From NCBI GenBank assembly GCA_028693335.1, contig JAQUVR010000043.1, positions 1 to 5,874 of the forward strand: 5,874 nt of DNA, given 5' to 3'. Origin of the DNA: Candidatus Iainarchaeum sp. (GTDB lineage: Archaea > Iainarchaeota > Iainarchaeia > Iainarchaeales > CSSED10-239). The notes under the pieces are model-generated. The model was not told where the DNA came from. It ran no database searches and saw only the letters and a list, made by a program, of their open reading frames with translations. The translations under genes were made by a program, and so were the position numbers. Of the stretch, positions 5,564 through 5,874 are shown piece by piece. The number at the start of each line of letters is the position of its first letter. Within the stretch, counting starts at the first letter, position 1.

Positions 5564-5874
5564 TCACATTTCTTTATAAAAATAATCATTTTCATTTGCA
5601 TAATTTACAAAGTCATTAAAAAATTTTAAAATTATTGGAAATTCTATAAAATATTTTTCTTTAAATTTTCTAAGATCTTTTTCTGTCCATTTGTATTCTT
5701 TCCAAAATTCTTTTTGATTATAAGCGTGTATTACTGGTTCTAGTACGTCAATTGCTTTTGCAAATTTGCTTTCAATAGTTTTTTGTTCTTCAAATTCTTG
5801 CATATATTTTTTATAATCATCAATTAATTCTTCTGGTAAATTTAAGATTACTTTATTGTATGCTTCTTTTTCTA
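5564..5874 (-). CDS. HD-domain phosphohydrolase, HD_3 / YfbR / HDDC2-like (putative 5'-nucleotidase), C-terminal part; N-terminus with the HD motif lies outside the window
   Basis: My hand translation shows the minus-strand frame stays open past the tracked Met (5801-5803) to the window edge: ...EKEAYNKVILNLPEELIDDYKKYMQEFEEQKTIESKFAKAIDVLEPVIH... The segment Y-x-EFEEQ-x-T-x-E-SKFAKAIDVLEP resembles the conserved C-terminal block of HD_3 proteins, for example human HDDC2 ...EYE.QSSAEAKFVKQLDQCE... as recalled. TGA stop at 5564-5566 lies 6 nt upstream of the porA start. Confidence 0.65.
   Translation of the reverse strand, partial: EKEAYNKVILNLPEELIDDYKKYMQEFEEQKTIESKFAKAIDVLEPVIHAYNQKEFWKEYKWTEKDLRKFKEKYFIEFPIILKFFNDFVNYANENDYFYKEM

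Noticed and set aside
1-5874. Possibility of an alternative genetic code, or of CRISPR, tRNA or IS elements
   Set aside because: TAA, TAG and TGA all terminate well-supported ORFs at lengths matching their homologues. The only non-coding stretches (11, 86, 36, 6 and 6 nt) are too short for RNA genes, repeat arrays or mobile elements.

Overview
This is an AT-rich, very compact window. By coordinate arithmetic only 145 nt lie outside the seven ORFs I accept, so it is about 97.5% coding. It reads as core chromosome of a streamlined, probably archaeal (DPANN-like) genome, not as an accessory island.

Gene order:
- 3' part of topoisomerase VI subunit A (+)
- convergent UraA-like uracil permease (-)
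- 86-nt divergent promoter region
- 71-aa very basic orphan ORF (+)
- acetate kinase (+)
- porB and porA (2-oxoacid:ferredoxin oxidoreductase beta and alpha, -), convergent on ackA with zero spacer
- C-terminal part of an HD_3/YfbR/HDDC2-like phosphohydrolase (-), directly upstream of porA and running off the window

All three stop codons are used (TAA, TAG, TGA), so the standard code applies. I saw no RNA genes, CRISPR arrays, mobile elements or long repeats.

I do not see a convincing novel multi-gene system such as defence or toxin-antitoxin. The points worth follow-up are modest:
1. A porA-porB pair has no neighbouring gamma/delta subunit genes and is tightly coupled to an HD hydrolase gene.
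2. A bacterial-type acetate kinase sits in a Topo VI-bearing genome without pta, and carries substitutions at normally conserved motif positions.
3. An unassignable, highly basic 71-aa protein.
4. Convergent genes are packed so tightly that terminators must lie inside the opposing coding sequence.
5. The promoter geometry looks leaderless.

All homology calls come from recalled motifs read by eye. No database search was run.
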